A DNA stretch of 64,000 nucleotides, taken from contig CM030338.1 in the NCBI GenBank assembly GCA_017654855.1, positions 2,418,001-2,482,000 of the forward strand, read 5' to 3'. Below the pieces are notes generated by a model. The model was not told where the DNA came from, did not search any database, and worked only from the letters and a program-made list of their open reading frames with translations. Positions 26,865-39,439 of the stretch are shown piece by piece. A program made the position numbers and the translations under genes. How positions within the stretch are numbered: position 1 is the first letter of the stretch; each line of letters begins with the position of its first letter. The stretch is from Podospora anserina. Taxonomy: Eukaryota.

Positions 26865-27477
26865 CTAACCAGCAAAAAGTGTATCCTCATCCCTCAAATA
26901 CTCGCCGCAATCCGCCTGCCTAAAGCACACCACCCCCGTGGGGTCCAACCTCCTCGCCTCGGTCGTGCTCCGCGCCGTGACGCCAAACCCGAGCGGGATA
27001 TCCGCCATGCTGTACACCACGCACCCCTGATGCTCAGGGCAATCCTCGCTCCACCTCCCGACGTGGGCCTTGACGACGTTTGATCCGTAAAGGAAGGGTT
27101 GGGCACCGTTCTCCTTGATCCAGATCTTGTGACGGGCGCCCTGGGAAAGGATGGGGAGGGCGGTGATGTGGAGGCGGAATTTACCCGTCTTTGTGAGCTT
27201 TCCCAGGCAGGTGCCGAGGGAGAGGAGGGCGTCGCGGGAGATGGAGGTGGCGAGGTTGGCGATGGAGAGCTTGACGTAGTAGACACGGGAGTGGTTGAGC
27301 CGGAAGACGTAGCGGTCGCCGTCTTCGAGGGGGGCGATGAGGGATTTTAGGTCGGACATGTAGTTTGCCAGCTATCAATCACAGTCCATGTCAGTGAATT
27401 GTCCCGGGAGGATGATGGGGAAGGGAAAGTACCTTGTCGAGGACCGTCTTCATTTCTTCGTCTGTTAGGGCGCGCAT
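26865..27477 (-). CDS. NIP7: 60S ribosome biogenesis protein NIP7, 2 exons
   Basis: MRALTDEEMKTVLDK|LANY..., LLSLGTCLGKLTKTGKFRLHITAL, FLYGSNVVKAHVGRWSED, FRQADCGEYLRDEDTLF. Confidence 0.95.
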
Positions 27478-27627
27478 TTTGGCGGTGGGTGTATTATTTA
27501 ATTAAGAAGGTGTCACTGAGTTGATGAGATGTTGGGGGAGGTGCGACAGGCGCTGGAAACGGAAATTGGTTTGTTTGGGGGGGGTGATGCGTTTTCCTGG
27601 TGTTGATGATGATGATGGATGGCTGCT

Positions 27628-27659
27628 GCTTATCGCAAAGCTTCAACTGAAAAAAAATC
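27628..27659. promoter_or_regulatory. PAC-like (GCGATAAG on the minus strand) and RRPE-like (TGAAAAAAAATC) motifs upstream of NIP7
   Basis: gcttatcgc...tgaaaaaaaatc lies ~150-180 bp upstream of a ribosome-biogenesis gene; resembles the yeast Ribi motifs. Confidence 0.45.
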
Positions 27660-28217
27660 TGGAGCCAGAGGATGCCAATCGCCTACGTGGGGTCCACAGT
27701 GTGGGGGAGAGACCCGCTTTTAACCGCTGCGCTGGGCAGAGGAGGCTTGGCGTTAACCTCACTTCATCATTTTGCTAGTGATTTGTTGATGATTCACTTT
27801 GAATGGCGACAGAAGAGAGGTGAGTGGCAGATAAAAAGGATTTTGTATCGTTAAGACCCCCGTGGTTAGCCTCCATCTTAATCCACGGTTGTTTCCAGGG
27901 TAAATCATCATGATCCTCGAGGAAAGCACGTCGATATATTGACTTGGGCGGTTGGTGGCATAGACTTCACTTTGGCAGGACTCATAGCAGGCATCAAGAA
28001 TGATCATCACTAATCCCATAACACTTCAAATCATCACAGAACACTGATGCACGATATTATTCATTGGGCAACCACCCAATGTATTTCTGCCGACTACCTA
28101 ACTCGAGTTATTCAGGCACAACTCTATCAACTCCCGCTCGAAATAGCACCACGCAAATATGCTATCTACTATCACTGAGAGATACCCCTAACTGATGACC
28201 ATGATTTTCATGACTGC

Positions 28218-29132
28218 TTAGAGAGTATAGCCCAGCACAGCAACGACCATGACAATGCAGTACCAGACCTGAGCACCACGGCCGCCACCATTGTTGGCAG
28301 AGCCGGACGAGGGGTAGACCGAAGTCGAGGGGACAGAGTAGGTGAAGGTGCTGTTCCCGTTACCGTGTCCAAGAGAGGGGAGAATGGTGCCAACTGTGCC
28401 CGCAGTGCCGCTGACTGTGACAGTGGCGACAGTGACGGTCGTGCTCACATAGACAGTCGAGTTGGCCGACAGAGACACGGTGTCAGTCAGAGTCCTGGTG
28501 GCAGTGTTGGTGCTCGAGATTGTGTTGACAGTGCTGGGCTGCTCGGGAATGGAGGAAATGGAACCGATAAACGGAAGGTAACCATGATCAGAGGTTGTGG
28601 TGGTCTCGACGTCGGTGCTCGTAGAGTCCATGGCGGTCTCGGTGATTGTGCCGGTGGAAGTGACAGTCTCTGTGACGGTGCCGACCATATTATCGTCACT
28701 GGACAGAGAGCCAGACAAGGGAGGGCCGGCGGTCTGCATAGGGTCATCGCTGTTGAGGGTAGTGACGGTCACAGTGACGGTGACGGACCCGCCAGTGCAG
28801 CTCGACTCGGTGGAGCTGAAAGGAGAAGATGGTCAACATTTTGATAAATATATGGCCACAAAAAGCAATGGCTGCGACCTACGAGATTGCAGTGACTACG
28901 GGAACACTGATGGAAGAGGTAGTGCAGAGAGTGCCGGCCTGGACCTCATCACCGCGGGCGACGATGCCATTGCTACCGGCGACTGCGACTGATGTTAGCT
29001 ATCGAAGGTCGAAGAAAAGATTCAATTTTAAGACCATCACTTACCAACAGGGACAGCACAGAGAGCCAAACCGATCATCGACTTGAGGATGGAGGCACGG
29101 TGGCCGATGGTCTTGCGGGTGGTGAAAATCAT
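28218..29132 (-). CDS. Ser/Thr-rich secreted, probably GPI-anchored surface protein, 3 exons
   Basis: Hydrophobic N-terminal segment (MIGLALCCPCW...), T/S-rich body, C-terminus SSGSANNGG...WYCIVMVVAVLGYTL; start codon uncertain. Confidence 0.65.
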
Positions 29133-31229
29133 GACGAATATCTCAAGATGGGATAACGAGTGACTGTTTGTGGTGGTTGCAGTTAGCAATGGTGAATGAC
29201 CAAGTAGATGGGTGACAGGATGGTTGGGTAAAGGTGAGAGTCGCAGGGCAGAAGGAAAACAACGAACTGTTTTGAGGAGAGCCGCGTGCTGCTGAGTTTA
29301 GGTGGGGTTTGGGTGAGGTGGTGCGAGTGGAAGCAGGGTGCAGAAGGAGGGGAGGGGATTGTATGGGCAGATGAGGTGGGCAGAATGCTTTGCTGGGCGG
29401 GACAGAGCCGCTCCCAGCGAGCTACAGCAGTCGCCCCAACGATGCGGTGGGCGGGATAGAAGACAATAGCATCATACATACCGGATTCTTGACTATTCAA
29501 GAATGATGCTGGACAGGATTGTCAGAACAAGAATGCTAGTCACGGAGGCGAAAGAGTGGTTGTGGTGAAATGCCGAGTGGTGAAGAGTTGAAGTTATTGT
29601 GGTGAGGGGAGAGGGAAAGGCGGAAATGGATGCTACGACGACAGCAAAATAAACCGGGCCGAGGTCGAAAACAGGGAACTGGTGAATGTCAGCTGGGTCA
29701 CGGCCACTCAGGGAGCAAGTCAATGGGCAATTTTGTCAACCTGGGATGGAATTAGGGTCGTGGGACCTGGTTGGTCAAATAAGGAAAGAGCAAAATAGGG
29801 CTATCATCTGAGCTCCAACACCACACGGCCATCACAAAGAGCCTCCATAGACAGGCATGGACAGGTAGGTAGCTCTCGTTGCCCAGGGTCTCGGAAGCCT
29901 TCAGGCGCTTGGTCACGGAGAAAGACTCCAAGCAGTCGATTCTGAGCTCAACCACACCATTGCCTTGCCGGTCTTGACCCATCTGCCCTCACTTAGTACT
30001 GTACGTTCTATTGGATCAAAGAGAATGGCTACCATGTAAGTGTCATTCACCTGAAGTTTTCTGTTACCTACCCAACCTCTGCAAACGGTGGTGCTGAAAC
30101 AGAGGTATTTTTAACACAGTAACACAAGAGTTGAAATTCTAAAGCATGTTGTCTTGTATACAAGGTCCTGATCAAGCGTAGCTTGAAATTGTTGCTAGAA
30201 CTCAAGGTGACTGGAAGGAGGAAGTCTGTATTCGCAGAAATTCTTCCTTTAGGAACACCCCCTTTTAGCCCCTGATATGCCAAGACCTGAATAGAGCCTC
30301 ATGCTCAAAACGGCACTCCTTGAGTTTGACGCATAACGTAGACTTCATGAAGAAAATAGAGTGATATCATCTCAGTCACAATGAAGTTGCCCATCGCACC
30401 TTCTCATCGGATGTCATCGGCCATTCACTCAGTTTCGGGTACCTGAGGCAGCAGCGCCAAGACCCACAGGAATAGTTCAACAAAGGAAGTCACGTCCCGA
30501 CCTCGCCATGCCCACAGTCCATGCACATGTTCAATGTGGTAATAGAGGAGAATGAAGAGAGTCTTTTGTGGAATCCACGATGACTGCATACGAGCTACCA
30601 ATGATGATGTTGATATGGGCCGTTGGGAACGAGATATGATACCAGGAGAGTTCATGATTTTGACGATAAACTTTATGCCACATTCCCGCCACGACTGCTA
30701 GGCTGTACTAGGTAGTAGCTCAGGCTGGCATTGAGATTAGGAGGCTAAATGTTGGTTGTATGGTGCGTTGTGTGAAAGAGAACTGGAGCTTCCCGCTCGG
30801 AGCATAATTATGCCAAGAAATTTTGGCAGCCCCCACGATTTGATGCACCCCAAATGTTACGCGCCTGGCATCGCGTACCACAGACCTTCAACCATACCTT
30901 GTCCCTACCCATAATCTCGCCGACGAAAACACCATCCCTTACGACGTATGACCCACGACCCACGACGGCACGAACAGCAATAGCGACACTATTCTCATTT
31001 GGACTCTGGAGACGACGCCGCTGCGATCCCTCGGCCGTCTCGGCCGAAACAAACCGCGAACCATCTCCAATCGCCAATCGCGAACAGCACTCGATAATTT
31101 GCGGTAACACACGCGTGCTCTGTTTTGCCGTCCCCGCTTCAGAACGTCGGTCGGCCGTCAACAGCACTCCAATCCATCAACACACAGAATCCATCGACCC
31201 AGCCGAGTAGTCGGAACTTATCGCGCATC

Positions 31230-34200
31230 ATGGCGCCTCGCCGGAGTGCTGCGGAAGAGGTGGAAGAGGAGGAATCCGAGACCGAGCTCGTCGCGCTGCA
31301 TTTCAACGAGTCGCTGACATGGCGTCCTGGCAAGCCAATTCCCCTTGACAAGCTGCTCAAGCATCTCAACACCCTGTCCAAAGAGCTGGAGGAGCTCGAC
31401 CAAGAAGTCGTCGACCCAAATTCGTTGACAAAGGTTGCAAAAGAGGTCGCATCACATCAAATACTGAGCCACAAGGACAAGGGTGTACGAGCATATGCCG
31501 CTTGCTGTGTTGTTGATATCCTTAGACTATGCGCACCCGATGCGCCTTTTACCCCCACCCAGATGAAGGTATGGGCTGCTGTCTCGGTGGTGTATTTACT
31601 GCTGCTAATCTGAAGCCAGGACATTTTTAACCTTACCGTCACATCTATCATTCCAGCCTTGTTCGACCCTTCGAATCCATACAACACACAGCACAAATAT
31701 GTCCTTAGATCTCTCACCGAAATCAAGAGTGTCGTTCTTTTGCTTGATGTGGACGGCAGCGACAGCCTCCTCCTCGCCCTCTTTTCCAATATATTCGACG
31801 GTGTATCAGGGGTCAAGTCAGCTTCGGGAGAGCAAGTGGCAAAGGATGTCGAGTTTAGCATGGCCGAAATGCTCGGGGTGCTGATAGATGAGGCCGCCAC
31901 TCTTCCAGCAAAGGTCGTGGATATCATCATGGCCCAGTTTCTAAGAGCAGCTGGCCCCGGGGCGGGCAGGAGGAGGCGCGACCATGTGCAAATCGACGAC
32001 AATCAAGCGACACTCTTGGCTAAGGATGAGCCCGAGGCTTACCAAATAGCCAAGAACTTGTGCCAGACATTCCCCGACAAAATGGCGAGGTTCGTCAGCC
32101 AGTATTTCAGCGACGTTATTGTTGACGCTACTTCGTTTGCCGCTAGGCCCGGCGGACATAAGGGAGCTGATGACGAGGATGGCGACGAGGGCCCATCTGG
32201 ACCCTCTGAATCGGATCTGAAGGAGTTGAGCAAGGCACACGATTTGATTCGGGAGTTATGGAAAGCGGCACCTCAGGTTCTCCAAAATGTTGTTCCTCAG
32301 GTCGATGCCGAATTATCAGCCGACAATGTGCATTTACGCCAACTGGCAACGGAGACATTGGGAGACATGATATCGGGAATTGGTGCTGCAGGGCCACCAC
32401 CGCCGCCGGTTCTGGATCCTGCTGCCTACCCACCACTCAGCATGGACGCCGAGGAGAATGTTGAAGTTCAGGGACTGAACACTTTCACCAAGCCACTCTC
32501 TGCCATGTCCTTCCCGCAAACACACAGTTTGGTTTTCCACAATTTCCTCAGCAGGAAAAACGACAAAGCCTCAGCCATCAGAGCTGCCTGGACGACGGCA
32601 GTAGGATATATTTTGTCAACGTCTGCCGGTGGCATCGGGCTCAGTCGTGAAGACGAGGCTACCCTGATCCAAGGCCTTGGGGAGAAGCTCTCAGACAGCG
32701 ATGAGAAGGTCAGACTGGCAGCTGTTAAGGCGATCGAGTCATTTGGCTTCCGCGATGTTATTCTCAAGTTGGGGCCCAACGGGGGCGTGTCCAGAGAGGG
32801 ATCCATTCTGTCAACTCTGGCCGACCGTTGTCGTGACCGAAGACCGGCTGTGAGGGTGGCTGCCATGTCCTTGTTGGGAAAACTTTGGGCCGTTGGAACT
32901 GGGGAACTGCTTGCTGGAAATGAGGCCGTGACTGCAGCGCTCGACGGTGTTCCAAGCCGCATCTACAATGCATTTTATGCCAATGATGCCGAGGTCAATG
33001 CCCTGCTGGACCGCGTCATCTTTGAGTGCCTGATCCCTCTGAACTACCCGCCAGCAAAGAAGACCTCCAAGTCTGCGAATGGAAGCTCACAATCACACGC
33101 TGCTGCCGCCGCCGCCGCCGCCGCCGCGGATGCTGATGCTATCAGAGCAGAGAAGATATTGCTTCTTGTGCGATCTCTCGACCCAATGGCCAAGAAAGCC
33201 TTCTTCGCCTTGCAAGCGAGGCAGCCACAGTTCGCCCAGATCCTCGAGACATACATCAAGCAATGCGAGCTGTTCAACGGGGGTGTCATGGATGACAACG
33301 CGGACAAGAAACAGGCCAACCTTCACAAGACGGTCCGGTATATCGCGCAGTTCTTGCCAAACTCCCCACAGAGTGTTCAAGATCTGCTGAAATTCGCCAA
33401 GGCCAACGATCGGCGGAATCGTGGGCTTGTCAGATATATCATCGGGCAGGAGCATGATTTCAAGACAGTCCACAACGCTCTCAAGGAACTCATCAAGCGG
33501 ATTCAGGGTGGGAAGGACTCGACAATTCACGAGACACTGCTTCCCATCCTCTACCGATCTGGCCGCTTCATCTTCAACCGCAGCCATTTGGCCACCATCA
33601 TGGACTACTCCAAGTCTAACAAGGATGGCTTGGGCAGCGCTGCACATGAGGTTTTGAATGAAATCTCACAACGCAACCCTGATCTTTTCAAGACACACAT
33701 CGGCCAGCTCTGCAAGGATCTGGTGGATCAGGCGCCTACCGAGAACCGGGAGAACGACCCGTCTGTTGCGGAAACGTTGAAGGCTTGTTCGACATATGCC
33801 AGAAAGTATCCAAAGGATGTTCCTATGGACCAGGACTTTGTCCACAGTTTGGTCAGCTTCGCCTTGTATGGCCAACCGCCAAAGGTGGCCAAGCATGCCG
33901 TGAATATCCTGCTGTCGAAACAGGACAGCAAGAGCACTGTGTATGCTCAGGATCTTCTTCAGCGCATTTTCAAGGACTGGACGTATGGTTCCAAGCACTT
34001 TCTCAACAAGCTCTCGGCCGTGAGCCAGCTCGAGCTCCTTGCCCCAAAGGTTGCCCAGGACGCAGAGGATAAGATCCTCGAAATGATCCAGAAGATCCTT
34101 CTCGAGGTGCGAACGGAGGCCGGCGACAAGGACCCAGAGTGGGTGGACGATGCTGAGTTAGAGGAGGAGTGCCAAGCCAAGTGTCTGGCGCTCAAGTCTC

Positions 34201-35843
34201 TGGCAAACAAGCTGAGGAGCATGGAAGCCGATGAGGCAAAGGAAAACGGAGCCAAGATCTGGAAGATGCTTATTTCGCTGGTTCACAACAAGGGCGAGAT
34301 GACCAAAACCAAAAACACACCAAAGCATCACAAATCCCGGCTGCGGCTGCTTGCTGCTCAGCTTATCCTCAAGCTCTGCATTCAGAAGCATTTCGACGAA
34401 TTGCTCATCCCTGAAGACTTCAACACGCTGGCCTTGACCACACAGGACGCTGCTCAGGAGGTCCGCCACGGCTTTGTGAGGAAACTGCAAAAGTATCTTG
34501 CCGATGACAGGCTGCGGACCCGGTTTTATACCATGATCTTCTCGATGGCCTTTGAGCCCAACGCGGAGTTCAAGTTGAGGACCGAGACTTGGGTTCGGTC
34601 AAGAGCGCGGCATTATGAGGGCACACACCAGCATGTGCTCGAGGCTGTTCTCCCCCGTCTCTTCTCGCTCCTTGCGCATCATCCAGACTATAGCTCTGAT
34701 CCGGATGAGCTGGTTGATCACGCGAGGTATATTCTCTTTTACGTCAGCTTGGTTGCCACTGAGTCCAATTTGGGGTTGCTGTCCAAGTATGCGGAGCGTG
34801 CGAAGCAAACACAGGATGCGCTTAATCCGAAGAGCACCGGCCATCGGGTCTTGTGTGACTTGACTCAAGCAGTCATTCGCAAATGGCAGGAGAAGAAGAA
34901 CTGGACGTTTAATGCCTGGCCTGACAAGGTTGGGCTGCCGAAGGGGCTGTATGGTCCTCTCAAGTCGCACACGGAGGCGCAGGAGATTTCGGAGAAGGTG
35001 CTGGTGCCGGATGAGATTGATGAGAAGTTGGATGATTTGCTTAGGGCGATGGATCGCAAGAAGGTATGTTTGTTTGTCTCTACTCTACTGGCACGGGTGC
35101 TAACAATAAATCAGAAGCGCAAATCAACCACTGATGGCAGCGCTGAATCCCGTCCAGCAGCCAAGAAATCCCGAGTCCAACCCAAAGAGCCCAGGATCAA
35201 AGAAGCACGGAAAATTGCCACGCCCAAACCCAAGAAGCCCTCCAAGCCGAAAAAGGCACCATCCTCCCCCAAGAGATCGGCAATTTCAGATGCCAATAGG
35301 CGTCGCTCGGGAAGGTCAATGGCAAAGGGCAATCAGTCCTACATGGAGCGGGACTCGTCAGAAGATGATGAGGAAATGCTGGATGGGGTGGCGGAGTGGG
35401 CATATGAGAATGGCGAGGAGGATAAGGAGGCGGGGTCGGATGACGAAGTAGAGACCGGGAATGAGGGGGAGAAAGGGGATGATGAGAACAGCAGTGAACT
35501 TTCTGAACCTGAGGAAGTGGAAGAGGATGACGAAGAGGGCGATGTGGAAATGACGGATGAGAAGACAGCCGAAGAAGAGATGGAAGAAGAGCAGGAGGTT
35601 GAGGCGGATGATGAAAAGGAAGAGGAGGCAGAGGTGGAGGTTGAAGAAGAGGAGGAGGAAGAAGCACCACCGCCGGCAAAGGCTAATGGAAGGAAGGGGA
35701 GGTCAGCTGCTGCTGCCACAAAGGAAAAGGAAAAGACGAAACCAGCTGCGAAGGAAAAGGCGCCGGCTGCGGCAAAGAAGCAGACTACATTGCCGACTAG
35801 GACGTCTGGAAGGGCGACGAGGGGGAGGGCTGCTGCTGCTTAG
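31230..35843 (+). CDS. PDS5: Sister chromatid cohesion protein PDS5/Spo76/BimD; introns 31569-31619 and 35064-35114
   Basis: HKDKGVRAYAACCVVDILRLCAPDAPFT, LQNVVPQVDAELSADNVHLRQLATETLG, SRLRLLAAQLILKL, LPRLFSLLAHHPDY; acidic/basic tail. Confidence 0.95.
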
Positions 35844-36477
35844 GGAGGTGCGGTACGGGTAGGGTAATCTTAGGAAGGGGGGTAGCGGCGTGAATGGTCA
35901 AGTTTGTTTTGTTCTCTGTTTTTATATATTGTTTGCTACCTATCTTTGAGAGAGGAAAGAGGGAACCTTTTATTTTTCGCTTGCTTAGCTGGATTCAGGG
36001 TTAGTTAGGTTCATTCTGTAGGGAGGGGGAAAAGGGGGGAGTATTCCTATGTGTATATATGGTAGGTGGGAATGATTATTTCGCTCATGGAATTTGTGTC
36101 CGAGTCTCTCAAATTGAATGGATATCTTGAGGAAATTGGTAGGTGTTCGTCTGCATTGAAGTATCACCAGGCAGCCGTTTTTATCTGATTCAGGGGTTAG
36201 GGGAAGTCGAATTGGCGAACTGCAAAAAGCGAGGGAGCGGGAGAGGGTTAGGGTTGTGGTTTTTTTCCCATCACATCCAATCAATTGACGCTGCCGGACC
36301 AGTTTGGGAAAGGGGATTCCATGTTCTAGCATCCACTCACCACCACCACCACTACCACGACTCACTTTCACTCTGAGAAAAGCTGTTCACATGTCGCGGA
36401 ACCAATAACCCCGAATTTTCACTCTTTTCAATTCACATCACACAATCTCGGGCAACTGACCCCATTTCCCTCTCACA

Positions 36478-37671
36478 ATGAGAAAATCCATCACCTCCCG
36501 CCTTGTGCGCCTCCCCCTCGAAGCAGCCCGGCAAACACCCCAACGTTCCTTCCCCGCCATCTTCGCCCGCGGCGGGACGTCAAACGGTTTGGTCATGTTC
36601 GAGCACGACCTCCCTCCCCGATCTCACTGGCCTTCCGTCCTGCCCAAAGTAATGGGTTCCCCAGATCCTCATGGTCGACAACTCGACGGGATGGGATCGG
36701 GGATCTCGTCCACGTCCAAGATCTGCGTGCTTTCCCCCCCGAGCAGGAAGGATGTAGATGTGGACTTCACGTTTGTTCAGGTTGGTATCAAGGACGGGGT
36801 GCTGGACATGGGTGGAAATTGTGGGAATTTGAGCAGTGTTGTTGGGCCTGTGGCGTTTGATCACGGGCTGGTGAAGAGGAGGGGAGTGGGGTTCAGAAAA
36901 GAGGGAGGGGAGGAGGAGATGGTGGGGTGTGTGAGGATATTTAATACTAATACTGGGAAGGTGGTGGAGAGTAGGTTTAGGGTTGGGGGGAATCCGTTGC
37001 GGTTTGACAGTGAGGGGGGGTATGAGATGGATGGGGTTGGTGGGAGGGGGAGTAGGGTTGTGATGAGGTTTTTGGAGCCGGGGGGGGCGAAGACGGGGAG
37101 GACGCTGCCTACGGGGCGGGGGGTGGATGTGCTTAGGTTGAGAGGGGGTGGGGGGGTAGAGGCGAGTTTGGTTGATGTGGGCAATCCGGGGGTTTTTGTG
37201 AGGGTGGAGGATTTGGGGGTTGAGGGGTGGGAGGGGTTGACGCCGGGGAGGGTGGAGGGGGATGAGGATTTGAAGGGGAAGCTGGAGGAGATTAGGCAGG
37301 CGGGGGCGGAGATGATGGGGTTGGATCCGAGGGTTGAGAGTGTGCCGAAGGTGGTGATGGTTTTTCCTCCTGAGGTGACGGCCAGGGAAGGGGGGAAGGG
37401 GGCGAATATCAAGTGTTTGGCGCTGTCGATGGGGCAGGCGCACAAGGCGGCTCCGTTGACGCTGACGTTGTGTCTTGGGGCGGCGGCGAGACTGGAGGGG
37501 ACGATTCCAAATCAGCTTGCGGTAGGGCTGGATGCTGAGAGTGGCGTTGTTACTATTGAGCACCCGAGTGGTAAGCTTGATGTGGGAGTTACGGTTGAGG
37601 ACGGGAAGATTGTCTCGGCCGAGCTGCACAGGACTGCCCGGGTGCTGATGAAAGGGATGGTCTATTACTAG
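36478..37671 (+). CDS. PrpF/AcnD-accessory family isomerase (aconitate/methylitaconate isomerase-like), intronless
   Basis: ARGGTSNGL, MGSPDPHGRQLDGMGSGISSTSK, GNCGNLSS, SLVDVGNP, SMGQAHKA, HPSG, RTARVLMKG. Confidence 0.9.
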   Translation: MRKSITSRLVRLPLEAARQTPQRSFPAIFARGGTSNGLVMFEHDLPPRSHWPSVLPKVMGSPDPHGRQLDGMGSGISSTSKICVLSPPSRKDVDVDFTFVQVGIKDGVLDMGGNCGNLSSVVGPVAFDHGLVKRRGVGFRKEGGEEEMVGCVRIFNTNTGKVVESRFRVGGNPLRFDSEGGYEMDGVGGRGSRVVMRFLEPGGAKTGRTLPTGRGVDVLRLRGGGGVEASLVDVGNPGVFVRVEDLGVEGWEGLTPGRVEGDEDLKGKLEEIRQAGAEMMGLDPRVESVPKVVMVFPPEVTAREGGKGANIKCLALSMGQAHKAAPLTLTLCLGAAARLEGTIPNQLAVGLDAESGVVTIEHPSGKLDVGVTVEDGKIVSAELHRTARVLMKGMVYY

Positions 37672-39439
37672 GATTCTACACGGGCAGCCGTGTCTGGAGA
37701 CGGCTATGGATTCCTCTGTCTTGATCCCGGCCGCCGCCGCCGCCGGGAAGTGAACAGAGTCCCGAAGATGAATACTAGGCTACGACACTACAAGACTTGG
37801 CTTCTGCAAGAAAGATGACGGGTTACATCTGCGATTTACTAGGGTCATACCAAACGCCCTTGCATATCGGAATTCCTTCCCGGGCCGAACGTGAGCCACG
37901 GATGACATATAATGGAAGAATGCTTGGAACTTTCTGATCAAGGCTTCAAGGACATATAGTATCTACCGGTGACGACCGGACAAGCTGGTGGAGATGGGAA
38001 AATTGCCATGTTCCAGTGTGTCTTTGCTGACCCATTGGCGGTGGCTGACGTGAGATTCCAGCTGCCCGGTAACAGCGCACTTTCGGAGGCTTCGACAACT
38101 CCACCATCGCCGAATCTTGGCCTCGCGCATCCTCAGACAAGCCAGCCATGGAAAGCTATTGGCTATTTACCGGATTCTGAATGGATTCAACATACTAGAA
38201 TATGACAACGGGCATTTATGCGCCGTACCACAACTTCGTCCCAACGATCTACCCGTTGGTTCCCGCTGATGCCCGGCCGGGGATGATGGAAATAACCTTT
38301 TTTTCCCCCCTCTTCTATGTCATATTGTCAAGGATCTCGCTTGCCAGTTATGGAAATCGTCAGACGTCGCCGAGGGGGGCACTATTGCAAGTCCAGCAGT
38401 AGCACGCGCTTGTCTCCGTCAATGTTCCATCCGTGGAACTCATTCCAGCTATTGTAAGCTGGAGCCTGATTGACTAAGCTGCATATCCAGCTATACGGGA
38501 ATTGCAGAGAGGATCGGTGTCTTGGACGTTCAGAGATGGAGACTCACTCTTGATTTGAGTGACATGCCGAGGAGATAGTTCTTGGCATATGTTTTGACTG
38601 AGGTCTTCTCAGTGGCTTTCTGAAGAGAAAGGACGCGATAGTCATCATATATGCGAAACAGATTACTCATACAGCCCTGGTGGACATGCTATTATTTGAC
38701 CTGTGAGAACTTAGCGCATTTTGTTTTATAGGGCTTCCAGCGGAGCTCAAAGGGGCAACTCGTGGAGAAGAGCACAGGATGATTTGCCTCAGGAAATGGA
38801 ACGAACTTCCTATATGCTTGGATCGGCTTCCGTATGCGGTAGTGTTTCCAAGACGAGGTTAGCTCCGATGGTGATCACAGAGCGCCACGGTATGCTTTCC
38901 ATTGCCTTTCTACCTCACCTTACAGCGACATACCTACTGCAGTATATACATGCAGCATTGATCTATCTGTCAGTTCCTGCAGCCTCGTGAGGTGTCGTAG
39001 CGGTGGGGCCTAACAAGATGCTTCTCGGGCAGCGGTCTTAATAGGGCATGGTGGTTTCGGTCAGTTCCATCTTCCATCATGTCCAGCGGCCGCCATAGAA
39101 GCCCGCGCAGCAGCATGTCGCATAGGCAATTCCACAACTTGCATGTCATTGTTTAGCTCCATCTATAGTAACATAGCAGAGCAGGCAGACAGAAAACAGG
39201 GACATGGGCAAGGCCATGGTCAAGGAACAGGCGAAGCACGATATGCTTATAAACTTTATCTTGCAGCCGGTTCCCTGCTCCTTGGAACTTGTGGGCGTCT
39301 AGCATTCCATTGTTATATCGACGATTTGTTTTCTTTCGAACCAACCCCTTTTCGTCGTCCAACTGCAAGAGTGGCCCACCCATCTCGCCCTCTAGCCAAG
39401 ACCAGAATCTGAGAACTCACACGCCGCCGACCAGAGAAC

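Noticed and set aside
27605-27650. Box C/D snoRNA-like ATGATGA...CTGA
   Set aside because: Too short, part of a GAT microsatellite, no terminal stem; better explained as NIP7 promoter sequence
37669-37818. Read-through or editing extension after the PrpF TAG
   Set aside because: The protein already ends at the family C-terminus; the extension has no targeting signal or motif
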